Positions 51,097 to 62,429 of a stretch of 64,000 bases of DNA are shown one piece after another. Under the pieces are notes generated by a model, which ran no database searches, was not told where the DNA came from, and saw only the letters and a program-made list of their open reading frames with translations. This DNA comes from Eledone cirrhosa (taxonomy: Eukaryota), in assembly GCA_964016885.1 (NCBI GenBank), contig OZ024742.1, positions 71,548,001-71,612,000 on the forward strand, given 5' to 3'. The translations under genes were made by a program, and so were the position numbers. The stretch's first letter is position 1; each line of letters opens with the position of its first letter.

Positions 51097-52645
51097 GCCA
51101 TCCGACAGCATCGTGGGGCGTTGGACTGACGGACCGGTTAAATTGCTCGGGGTCTGGTTCGGACCGGACCTCCAGATGGAGAAAAACTGGAACGAGGTGA
51201 CGAGCAAGGTGGCCTCCCTCACCCAGAAATGAGCCGAGAGGAAGCTGTCCCTGAAAGGCCGGGCGGAGGTGGCGAATGCGTACATCGCATCCATCATTTG
51301 CTACCGCCTCACCTTCGTCCCTTGCTCCGGCCCAACTCTCACCAAAATGGAGCGCCTCCTCTTCCGCTTTTTGTGGAAGGGACGCGCTCCCATGGTCAGA
51401 TATCCATCTGCTGTCAACACCCGTTACGTGGAGGACTGGGCATGCTATGGCTAATGATGCGCAAACATGCGCTGAGGCTGTGACATCTCTGGTGCTTCCT
51501 TGACGGTGAACAGGTGTGGTCGCCATTCGCCAGGCACGTTTTCCCACAGCTCGTCTCCTTGATGGAGCTGCAGTCCTGGGTCAGAAAAAGACTGAGGGAT
51601 AGCGTTTGGAAACTGGAATGTCTCCAGGCGCTCACTGCCCTCTGCCAGCTAGGGCCCAGTATCGGTGGAACATCCACCTCGGCGTTCTATAGAGGACTAG
51701 TGGAGGGAAAGAGCGACGACGTTCTCGGAGAGATCCTGGGCGTCGAAGAAGATCAGCTGTTTGCTCTCTTCCGGAGAACTTTCAGCCAAGGGCCTATGGA
51801 TAACTTCCAAAAATCCCTGGCCTGGCAGTGCTACCAGGGAGCGCTGCCAGTTACAGATAAGCTCTACAGGCACGGAAGTGCCGTCAGCCGAGCCTGTCCG
51901 AGATGCGCGCAGAGCAACGAAACCGTCGTGCACGCACTTGTTCAGTGCCCGAGCATTGCTGACTTGTGGAGCTATGTCGAACAGTTGCTGTCGCGTGTAG
52001 GACTGATCCGGTTATTGACTGAGTCCATTGTGCAGATGGTCTCGCCGTCTTCCTTCGAGGAGGAAGGGCAGGCGGTTTTCATCTGCCTGGTGGCCATGGC
52101 GAAAGAGATTGTGTGGTGGATAAGGTTGAAAGGGTTAAAGACAGATACTTTCCTCTTCGGCGAATCCCTAATTACCTTTTTCAAGTTTCACTTGGAGAGG
52201 AAAATCAGGGTGGAGAGGCAAGTGCTGCCTTCTAGCAAGTTTGTTGAAAGGTGGGTGAATGTAGCGAGAATGGTCCGAGTGAACGGGACCGCTCTGAATA
52301 TACGTCAGTAGTTGGAGAAATGGAAAAATTGACAGAGAGCGCTTGCCCTGGTGGTCAGGGTGGCCGTGGTCTATTGTGTGGTTTTCAAAAAAGCACCCAG
52401 CACTCACTGTAAATGAGGTTGGTGTTAGGAAGGGCATCCAGCTGTAGAAATCAAGCCAGAATCAGTTCCCGTCCCACCCTTGCAAGCAGGGAAAAGCAGA
52501 CGTAAAATGATGATGATGTCCTTTTTTTCTTTTCTTATATAAATAATAAAAATATTTACACGCACAAAACCCACATCGTACCGTCCTGTGCCGTCTGTAA
52601 TGTTTTTCTTGATGTCAGCCCTTGTGGCCAATAAAGAAATCATTA
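51093..52645 (+). mobile_element. L1/Tx1-clade LINE 3' part (RT thumb, CCHC finger, 3' UTR)
   Basis: GPVKLLGVWFG, RKLSLKGRAEVANAYIAS, CPRCAQSNETVVHALVQC; GC-rich relative to its surroundings; 3' end gcccttgtggccaataaagaaatc(att)n. Confidence 0.9.
52386..52518 (+). mobile_element. 5'-truncated SINE family A inserted in the Tx1 3' UTR
   Basis: caaaaaagcacccagcactcac..cccacccttgcaagcagggaaaagcagacgtaaaa(tga)n. Confidence 0.9.
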
Positions 52646-52658
52646 TTATTATTATTAA

Positions 52659-53050
52659 AGGGCGGTGGATTGGCAGTATTGGTAGAGGGTCGGACGTCAT
52701 GCTTTGACGCATAGAGTTACGGCCCTTTCCATTCTGAGTTCAAATCCCGCCAATGTCAAATTTGCCTTTCATCCTTACGGGGTCGATAAAATAAAGTAGC
52801 AGTAATGTACTGGGTAATTGCTGGCCTTGTGCCAAAAGTAGAAACAATTATTATTATTTTGGCAGTATCGGTAGAGGGTCGGACGCCATGCTTTGACGTA
52901 TAGAGTTACGGCCCTTGCCATTCTGAGTTCAAATCTCGCCGAGGTTAACTTTGCCTTTCATCCTTAAGGGTTGATAAAATAAAGTACCAGTAATGCACTG
53001 GGTAATTGCTGGCCTTGTGCCAAAAGTAGAAACAATTATTATTATTATTA
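52659..53050 (+). mobile_element. Two tandem SINE family B copies (52659-52858, 52859-53050)
   Basis: Each has head, B box gagttcaaatc, central tttgcctttcatcc and an (att)n tail. Confidence 0.9.
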
Positions 53051-55500
53051 GTCTGATCGGACGTCTTTTTGCTTGCTCTCATAAGTCTCTTTATTTATTT
53101 GTCATAATTATTTATTGTTAAATTTTTGTTGTTGTGTAAGGGATATAAGCCCTTGGAATTTGCCCTGTGAAGGGGAAAGTATAATATTTGGGCCCTTTGG
53201 TCTAAATATTTGAACTTTTTACATTTAAAAATTATTGGAAAAAAAAAACATGTCTCAGCCCCAGTGATTTGTCTGCTGTTGTGTGACAATGACGTAAAAG
53301 TTGAGAGGAGGGTTACAGCGAACACAGAAATTGATACAACAAACACCACCACAAACAACGCGAACAAAGACAGCAATGACAACAACACTGAGAACACTAA
53401 TTTAAAAAAAAAATGACCACACCAACCACAACAGTAACGACGACAACCAAAATACAGACAACATAAAAAATGACAACAATGCAACAACAATATTAACATC
53501 ACTAACATGAAAACAAATAGCGACAACACCAACAGCAACAATACAAATTGCACCGAGAACAACAATGGTGGCACCAAAGACACAACCAACTACAACAGTG
53601 ATAACAGCAACAACATCATTTGTAGCAACAGCAACAGCACCAACAACAAGACCAGTAGCAGCAGTAGCAGTGGCAACAATGATGCCACTGAAAAAGGGAC
53701 CATCTCTTTTGCAAAGGGGGCTCGCAACGTAGAAACAGTCATGATCACAAAGGAGGAGATGGCGGTCGCAAGACACATGGTAACCAGAACTGAATTTTCA
53801 GTGTCCTTGAAACCACCAACCGACTTCCTGGAGGAGCAAGAGCGACGCACAGTGTCATATCGCACGATTGCCACAAAATCGCGTCGTGTGGAGAAAGCCT
53901 CGGAGGCCCAAATCCAGAAGGCCTTGGGAACTGTGTGGATACGGAAAACCCATATCACACGAGGCAAGAAATATGCTACCGTGGACGTCCTTTTTGCTAC
54001 CACCCAGGAAGCAAAATTGCACTCACTGAGGGCCCTACGAAGTGATGACATAACATTAGTCCCGTTTTACTGCGGGAAAAAAATTGCAACGGTCAGGGTA
54101 GCCCAGGTTCCCCCCTACGTACCCGTGCCTTGGCTGGTTGTGTCTGTTCTTGCGGGCATCGAGGATAGAACAACCATTCTGCTGGTACAGAAGTTGGGGA
54201 GAGAGGACTGGTCCGGTATTGGAATGAAGATGCTCATCCAAACCGACCAGGACTGCATCAGTGCCATTCCCGACGTAATAGACCTCGGGAATGGCACCCG
54301 ACTTCCCATATCTGTGGAAGGAAGGCACCCAAAGTGCTTCAACTGTGGATTTCTTCAGGCATCTGGAAGCCTTTCTAGGAACATCTCACTCTTTAATGTT
54401 AGCAGGAGACTGCAACAGCATCTTTGGTGCATGCTGGGACTGTGTGGGAGTAGCTGATAGAAGTTGGGGTGGTACAAAAACCGCAAGAACCTAATCAGGC
54501 AGTTCCAACTGTCTGATAGGTGCCATGGTCAACCTAGATAGGACATGTAGATAGAGACTTGGTTACTGGAAGATTAATGCCTTAATCCTAATGCATAAAG
54601 CCTATAGTGACTGGATTAGCACATTAGTTAAACACCAGTTAACAGGTGGTGGGGTGCTCTCAAGAGAGTGATTAAAGTAGAATCATTGCATTTAGATAGA
54701 AGTAGCAATAGATAAAAATAGAAAGGAAGGGAAATTAGTAGGTAAATTAGAAGTGATTAAAAGTGTCATTGCAATCGATGTGCTATCTGCGAGAATTGCA
54801 CTGCACCATTTCTTCAACGGGAAACATGAAAGCTGCATTGTCAAGACTAAAGTGCGTGCTCTTATAAACAAGGGAACGAAAGCTGTTTGGTGGGTCTGAG
54901 TGGCAGAGACACAGTGTGGTAACAAATCCACAAATCAGTCTTTGATGGACCGAGATGAGTGCATGTTGCTCAATTCCAAGCAATGCGTGTGGCTTTTCAG
55001 CAGCACTTTGAGTGACTGTTCTGGGTGAGTGGGGGAATCGGAGACTGTGGTGGACTACAGCTCCTACCTCAATGGCCTACCACAACTCTCAGCAACTAAT
55101 GCAGTCATCTACAGATATTCCTAAGCGGAGGAACAGGTGTGATAACCCTTTGTCAGGCATGTCTCTTTGCCCGAGCTGCAGCTGTGGGTCAAACGAAGAC
55201 CAAAACTGGGCGGCTGGCATCTGGAATGTTGTCAGGCATTCACGGCCCTCTACCAAATAGGTAATGTGGTCAGTGGAAATTCTCCTCTAGCGTTCTATAG
55301 AGAACTAGTAGTAGGCAAGAACAATGATGCTCTTGGAGAGACTCTAGCCATTAGAAACAAACTAGACATTGGAGAATTCTGTTGTTTAAATTTATTATTT
55401 TGTTACCTGTTTTCTTTCTTTACACAATTAATTATGTAAATACCCACTGTTCTTGTACTTTGTTTTTAGGCCCTAGTGGCCAATAGAACAAGAATTATTA
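53051..55500 (+). mobile_element. Tx1-like LINE retaining the 5' region/ORF1 and 3' end, with several internal deletions
   Basis: ORF1-like 53507-54350 (N/S-rich N-terminus, RLPISVEGRHPKCFNCG cut mid-knuckle), then EN piece LAGDCNS, linker piece homologous to 49500, post-RT piece homologous to 51560-51740, and 3' end ggccctagtggccaatagaacaaga(att)n. Confidence 0.8.
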
Positions 55501-55511
55501 TCATTATTAAT

Positions 55512-55719
55512 AGGACGGTGGATTGGCAGTATCGGTAGAGCATCAGACAATATGCTTTACGTTCTGAGTTGAAATACCGCTGAGGTTAGCTTTGCCTTTC
55601 GTCCTTATAGGGTCGATAAAATAAAGCACCAGTAAGTACTGGGATCAATTTAATCTACTTTCCCCTCCCCAAAAATTACTGACCTTGTTCCTAAATTAGA
55701 AACAAATAATATTATTATT
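55512..55719 (+). mobile_element. SINE family B
   Basis: ggacggtggattggcagtatcggtagag..gctttgcctttcgtcc..gaccttgttcctaaattagaaac..(att)n. Confidence 0.85.
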
Positions 55720-56127
55720 TTACTTATTTATTTATTTCTGCTGTGTTTCTAATTAGAGATGAAATTTATTGGATATAAAATGGTAAACTAGAAATTATGG
55801 ATGTTAATTATTCGAAACTATCTGGAATGAAAGACTTTGGAAGAAAACAATCAGCTGTGTTGTTGGAACAGTTAAATTAATTGTGGCATTGTGGTATAGG
55901 AGTTTGCTGTGTAACCACAGTGCATGTGTGTGTGAATAATTCAGTGTTTGTTCATAACCACCCCGCAATGCATTTTAGTTTTCTTTGGTAGGGTATCAAA
56001 TACTGGTCTCCTATATGGCAGGTTGAAACTTACCTCAATACTACATGTGGTGATTAGCAGCGGTTTAGGCACTGACCAATGACGTCAAGGGCCGTAACTC
56101 TATGCTGCTTCACAGCATAGAGTTCTT

Positions 56128-56437
56128 GACTGTGGTGTAAGACATATGATCAGTCTCCCTCACAGGTTATTGGTCAGTTCATGACTTTGGTATAAGACAT
56201 ATGACGAGTCTCCCTCACAAGTTAGTGGTCAGGTTATGACTGTGGTGTAAGACATATAACCAGTCTCATTCGCAGGTTATTGGTCAGTTCAAGACTGTGG
56301 TGTAAGACATATGACCAGTCTCTTTCACAAGTTATTGGGCAGTTCATGACTGTGGTGTAAAACATATGACCAGTCTCCCTCACAAGTTATTGGTCAGTTC
56401 AAAACTTTAGTGTAAGACATATGACAAGTCTCCCTCA
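56128..56437. repeat. 55-bp minisatellite, about 5.6 copies
   Basis: gactgtggtgtaagacatatgaccagtctccctcacaagttattggtcagttcat at 55-bp period. Confidence 0.92.
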
Positions 56438-58184
56438 TAATTTCATGTTACCCCAGTCCTTGTGAGTGAAATATAACTATAATTTCATGTTACCCCAGTC
56501 ATGAGTGAAATACAACCACAATTTCATGTTATCCCAATCCATCTGAGTGAAATTTGATAGACCAAAACTATTCTGATTGATTTCCTCTATAACTCAAAGG
56601 TTCAGTTTTCCTGCATCCAGTAACATGCTGATGGTATTTGAAGATTACACTAAGGTTACATGTATCTGTGGAATACTCAGTCACTCAAACATTAATTCAA
56701 TAGGTAGGTAATTTAGTTGAGGGAACAACTGAACACTCATTTGTCAACACTTATGGTAATCCATTTACTTTATGTAATCAAACACTCACTCATTTACTTA
56801 CACAATATGTTCTTGAACCTGGGGAGGGGAGGGGTTGTGCCAAGATATGTAGTCACGAAGGTGTTCCTATGACTCTGTGAGGAGTTACAGGTCCATACAT
56901 ATTTTTCTAGAAAGAATATTGAAAACTGGTACAACATTAATTTTCATGTAACTGATGGTCATGCAATTCTTTTTATCTGAATATATCATATTTTTCAGTG
57001 CATCAGACATTTTTTAATCTAAAGATTTAATGTAAAAATATGCCTGTGTCTGATACATCAAACGTATGAATATAATAATTATATATATATACACTATACA
57101 CAAGCTCTCCATAAATATAGCTCTATATTAACTTCTTTCTTTCAAATTTTTCTTCAAAATAAGACTGCATCATATGTTCTGAAAAATACTGTGATTATGG
57201 CTAGACATTTGAATTTATTGCACCTTAGCAGAGTAGTTAATCACATTAAGAGGTTATGTGACCTTGATATTGTTATAGCTGACAGGTAAGGAAAGTGCTT
57301 CCAACTTTGTAATGTGTTTCTAGTGAATTACTATATAGTCCAGCACAGCAAACCCCTGATAACCTGACACTAGTATGGAGCCAAGGGAACCAGAAAATTG
57401 ATGTTGCACATGTACCAATACATTTTTAAAACAGTAATTCCTTATCTATAAGACAAAATTTTGTATTAAGTAGTGAAAGGAAATGTGATTGCTTGACATA
57501 TATACCTTTCTTAACAGTCTCAGTATATTGCTTATGAACCATGATGAGGAAAAGTAAAATTTACCCATGTTGAGTATGACCTGACAATGCTAAAAGTTAA
57601 AACTAAATACTACAAATCTCTGTAAAGATGCTATTATTTCTATCAATTAACCCCATAATGATGCTGATAATCTATATTATAACAACTGTACAACATTTGT
57701 GTCAGTCTGTCACAAAAGCCCTGTGCTCTGTCAAAAATGTTCTAAAATCTAAAATCTTGGTTTAGAAATAATGAAGCACAATTAAGAATAATATGGGGTG
57801 GGGGACAAATGTTTTAAAATGTTTTCATTCATGCCAGAGATAAAGGAAGGGAGCCAATTGTCAGGTCAGACCAAGGAAACAATATTTCCATTGGTCTTTC
57901 CATTGCTAATACTATCTGGCTGAATGAGGAACGTGAAAATAATCTATTTTACTCAAGAACACAAGTCATCCAGTCAAGGAATTGAACTCATAACCTTCAC
58001 ATGCCAGAATTCACTGTTCCTAGTTCTTTCTCACATTCTATCTATCTACCTTGATATCTATGTATATATGTGTGTACAAAACATACAATCACCTCAGTTC
58101 CTAACTGTGCACCTACCTCCACTCAACTTTTACATTCCACCCCACCTCCAACTGTACATTCCATCCCATCCCAAGTCTACACTA

Positions 58185-58450
58185 CATTACATTCTATTCC
58201 CCAACTTTACACTTTACTCCACCCAAACTCTACACTACACTTAACCCAAACTCTACACTACACTTAACCCAAACTCTACTCTACACTCCACCCTAACTTT
58301 ACACTACAATCCACCCTAACTTTACACTACAATCCACCCTAACTTTACACTACAATCCACCCTAACTTTACACTACAATCCACCCTAACTTTACACTACA
58401 ATCCACCCTAACTTTACACTACACTTCCACTCTACATTCCACTCCACTCC
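58185..58450. repeat. 23-bp minisatellite just upstream of the first FN3 exon
   Basis: ccaccctaactttacactacaat, six good copies plus degenerate flanks. Confidence 0.9.
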
Positions 58451-58487
58451 AGAAATGTTAAATGCCATCTCTACTTGTATTTTACAG

Positions 58488-58611
58488 CTGTTCCAGAGCC
58501 TCCTGGTAGACCAGAAATTACTGAGGTGTCATCTCGTTGGTTGAAGGTTTCTTGGCCATCTGCTATTGTGGACAACAACAGCCCTATTACTGGCTATCGA
58601 GTACAGATTAA
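58488..58611 (+). CDS. Exon encoding the N-terminal half of an FN3 domain (same gene; not in the ORF track)
   Basis: Acceptor ttgtattttacAG ending at 58487; donor AA|GTAAGC at 58612; 124 nt, phase 1-2. Reads (A)VPEPPGRPEITEVSSRWLKVSWPSAIVDNNSPITGYRVQI(K), with the FN3 PxPP, VSW and SPITGY motifs. Confidence 0.9.
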
Positions 58612-58989
58612 GTAAGCTGACTAATGTATTACTTCTTCTCTAGTATTTCTGGTGATTTAATTCATAGATTGGTAGATAGATTAACTAGCATAAAAAAATA
58701 GATGGACAGTCAGACAGAGAGACAGACATAGTGAGATAGACAGACATCAAAATAGATGACAGATTCATAACTAGAGTGAGATAAATAGGCAGACAATAGT
58801 GAGATAGATGGATATCAGCCAGACAGATGGAAAGGCAGATATCTCATTTAGTTATTTTCAGTCCAAGTTGCTACAGCAATTTTCGGTTTGTTTCAAGGTG
58901 GTGAACATGTATATCTGAGTTGTGATGTAGTATTTGGTATATGGTGTGTTAGTGAGTTGGGAAATAGTGATAATGTGTTATGTAATAGT

Positions 58990-59212
58990 AAATTGTGAGA
59001 TGTTGTTGCTTCACATTTGAATGATGTTATATGTAAGTTGTGAAATCTAGTTGGTGATTCACATTTGACCAATGTTATGTGTAATTTGTGAGGTATTGTT
59101 GGTGTGTTTCACATTTGACCAATGTTATGTTGTGAGGTGTTGTTGGTATGTTTCACATTTGACCAATGTTATTAGTTGTGAGGTGTTCTTAGTGTGTTTA
59201 AATTTTGACATG
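58990..59212. repeat. 44-50-bp degenerate tandem repeat upstream of the second FN3 exon
   Basis: ttgtgaggtgttgttggt.tgtttcacatttgaccaatgttat, about 5 copies. Confidence 0.75.
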
Positions 59213-59229
59213 TTTTATTCTTATTTCAG

Positions 59230-59408
59230 GTCTTCTATGCAAGACTGGAATGAAGGAGATATACTCACTGTTGGTGTAATTTTCAATTCTACAAAAATAA
59301 GGGACCTTCGCCCTTATACAAAATACCAAGTTAAAGTATTTGCTGTGAATAATATTGGCTCCAGTCTTCCAAGTGAATCTTCTGCTATACAACGCACAGG
59401 CTCTGAAG
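59230..59408 (+). CDS. Exon encoding the C-terminal half of the FN3 domain
   Basis: Acceptor ttcttatttcAG ending at 59229; donor G|GTATGT at 59409; 179 nt, phase 2-1, in frame with the previous exon (AA+G=Lys). Reads SSMQDWNEGDILTVGVIFNSTKIRDLRPYTKYQVKVFAVNNIGSSLPSESSAIQRTGSE, with the LxPxTxY and VxAxNxxG motifs. Confidence 0.92.
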
Positions 59409-60139
59409 GTATGTTCATTCTACACAACATTTTTTAATAAGAATATTTCCTTATTTTAGTGTTTTTATTGCTATTGTTTAAATCCAAATCAGCTCTGGTA
59501 AAGCAGACTGGTTGTCAGAGGCTGTGATCAGTTCATTTTCTTTGCAAGTATGTAGGACTACATTATCTAATGTATCCTTTCCATATTTAAGATAGTAAGA
59601 AGTGATTTAACTCTTTCATCACCATACTTATAATGAAACATTCTGCCTTATGATATTAAGTATTATTTTTTAAATAATCAAGTATTTTGAAGGATTTAAT
59701 AGTCTAACTAACATTCTCATTATTAAGCTGGTGTTTGAAGATAACTTAACAAAGCTTCTTGCATGAAATTATGATGTAAGGTTTTTAGATAATATAAACA
59801 CTTTTTGTTTATATTATAGTAGAACAAGTGGCAGTTTCAGGCAGTTTAGTATGAAAAAGGTTATGGAAGATTTAGGTGTAATCAATAGCAGATTGAGTAA
59901 CCACATAAATGATCCCTCACTGGATTTCAATATAAAGTAAAGGTGTTGGATGTAGTCTGTATATTTAAAGTATTGCCATTAAAGCAATTGAGATATTTTA
60001 TGGAGCAGTGATACTAGATTTTTGGAGACCCTTGAAAAGAGGGGATGGGGGTGAAAGAACAGATGGTTAGGTTTGGGACCAGCAACCCTGGGTCAGTTAA
60101 TCAAACCTGGTTACTGCCATTGTGTGTATTTGTGCTTAA

Positions 60140-60415
60140 AGCCACTTAGGTGTGAATAGCCTAGAAATTAGGGTGTTGTACTTACAATCATAATGTGGGT
60201 TCAATTCCTGGGCTGCATTGTGCATTTTGTTCTTGAGCAAAACACTTCATTTCATGTTGCTCCAGTATACTCAGCTGAAACATGAATACCAGATGTAGCT
60301 GGGGGTTTAACCTTGTGATGGACTGACATCCTATCAAGGGGGGAATCTCTCAGTTACTTGACACCAAGGAAACAGATAAGCATTGGCCTACTGAGCTTCC
60401 ATGCTTGAGACAGAC
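60140..60415 (+). mobile_element. Old tRNA-derived SINE (family E)
   Basis: gggttcaattcctggg..gttcttgagcaaaacacttcatttcatgttgctccagtatactcagctg..gataagcattggccta; homologous to 63795-64000. Confidence 0.6.
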
Positions 60416-60659
60416 TAGACTTTAGGTATCAAAGTACTTGATTATTTTTCAAAAGTATTTAATATCATAAGGCAGAATTTGGTGAATGAGTGCTCACATG
60501 AATTCCTTCCATGGGAGAAAACTCAATGCAATACATCATAATTTTATCCAGAGGAAGATTTGGCTCTCACCTATTTAGAATATATGTTTGATTGTACAAT
60601 ATTTCATGGTTCTGATTTCAGTCTCTCTGCTAGTTTATAAACTGCTAACAATGGTGGTA

Positions 60660-62152
60660 TGAGGGTCAGCTGACATGTTCATAGACTGACCAAGATACTC
60701 TTATGGAATGCGACCAAATGAAGTTTATATTTCAACACACTTCTTCCATCAGTGTTGCAGTGCTTGGATCCCATTGGAGAAGACACTTTCATCCTGTTGG
60801 TAAAAAAGGTCATCAATAGCAGATATGACGTCATCACTACAATACTGGCTCCCAGTCAAGTGTTTTATCACGTTGGGGAACAGATAATAGTCAGATGGGT
60901 CCAAATCATAACAGGGAGAATGATCAACCAGGGTCATTCCATGTCAAATCAACCAGAGAGTCCCAGGTCACTCCTTCAGACCCCCCCCCCCCCCCAAAAA
61001 AAAATTCATACTAGCTCCTGTACCTATATGATGGAAAAATATCAAGTATTAGGTCAATATCTTTGATAGTTTTGAAATTGTAGGCCTTTAAAATATTAAT
61101 CAATTATACATTTTTTCCGAATGAGCCTCTTGAACCAAATTGAGACAGCCATTTTCCCTCTACTATGGCAAGCACAACTTTGAAATCACGTGTTTGGGGC
61201 TAACTTTTTCTATAGAGTTCAAAAATCTTATCAAATGAAGTGTATCTTGTATATTTTTCCATCTATAGGCCTCTGAAAATTGCCACAAATTAAATGTACA
61301 GCAAATGTATGCCTCTTTTAGGTATTTTTATCTCAATAGGTACACTAGATAAAGCAACCACAATTGTTTTCCTGTTACTTAACATATAGTAGACCATTTC
61401 TGAGCAGAAAACTAAGGTCATCCCCTTCCCTGCAGATGAAATGACCTTGGCCTTCTTTGGGGCAGGAGAAGATGGGTATTTCTACTGCATGGACTGTCTT
61501 TTTGTCTCTGGCTCAAAGTGATGAACTAAACATTCATCCTGGGTTAGGAAATGTTGAAGGAAACCAGCTGGATCTGCTTCAAACAATGTCAGATTTTCCC
61601 ATGGCGTGATCAGGTGTCAGAAGACGTGGCACTCAGCAAGCAGGAACCTTCATCATGCCAAATTCATTGTGCAGAATATTCTCAACTCTCTCTCAGGATA
61701 TGCTAATAACATTGGCTATTTGATTTAAAGCCAATCACCATGTGGTGAACATGATCAATGATTTCCTCAGTAATGGCAGTTCCAGTACATCCAGACTTTG
61801 GGTAATCTTCAAGACTCTTCCTTCCTCTTCTAAATTCAGCTACCCCTTTTACACAGTTGATAAAGCTGGAGCACCATCCTCTAATGTAGCAACCATGTCA
61901 GCATGAATATCCTTGGGAGCTAAACCCTTTTTCTGCAGGTACTTGATGACACCATGATGCCAATTTTTTTTCCATTTTCAAGAGAAGTTGCTACTAGTTA
62001 ATTTTGAAATTTTCTTTGAACAGTCAGAAGTGAGTTTACCTGGGAAAAAACAATGCAGTTATAAATAAGAGTTGAAATTAGTGCATGCAAGATTTCACAG
62101 CTCTAGCATCACTCCTTCATTGTCAGCCTATGGATTTTTCAGCCCACCCCCA
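60660..62152 (-). mobile_element. Decayed mariner (Tc1/mariner) element with both TIRs; internal part replaced at about 60950-61400
   Basis: TIRs tgagggtcagctgacatgttcatagactgac / gtcagcctatggatttttcagcccaccccca, flanked by TA; ATG at 61975; VIKYLQKKGLAPKDIHADM, HHFEPETKRQS, SAGK, DLDPSDYYLFP. Confidence 0.88.
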
Positions 62153-62429
62153 TAAGAAATTCTCAGGAGAGCTGGACAGCAGAAAGTCTTCAGAAAAGAA
62201 CCCCCCCTCCCTTCAGCAAATGTTTCAACCCTTAACTTTTTACATTCTAAGGGGACTGGGCTGCATTCAGATCATAATTCCTGAGTGTGCTTCTTGCTGA
62301 CATTTAGCCATTTGGATATTGGAGTCTTGTGTATCTAAACAGTATAAAGATTGTTGACAAGATCTAGCTGGAACTCCTCTCCGTCACCTCTGTTTTCAAA
62401 CTTAGATTTAAATGCTTTCTTGAGTTTGG

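Noticed and set aside
53507-54457. 316-aa ORF as a host gene
   Set aside because: Ends in a truncated zinc knuckle fused to LINE endonuclease sequence and lies within a Tx1-like element; best read as ORF1.
58290-58420. Interstitial telomere (CCCTAA)
   Set aside because: One hexamer per 23-bp unit, not tandem (TTAGGG)n.
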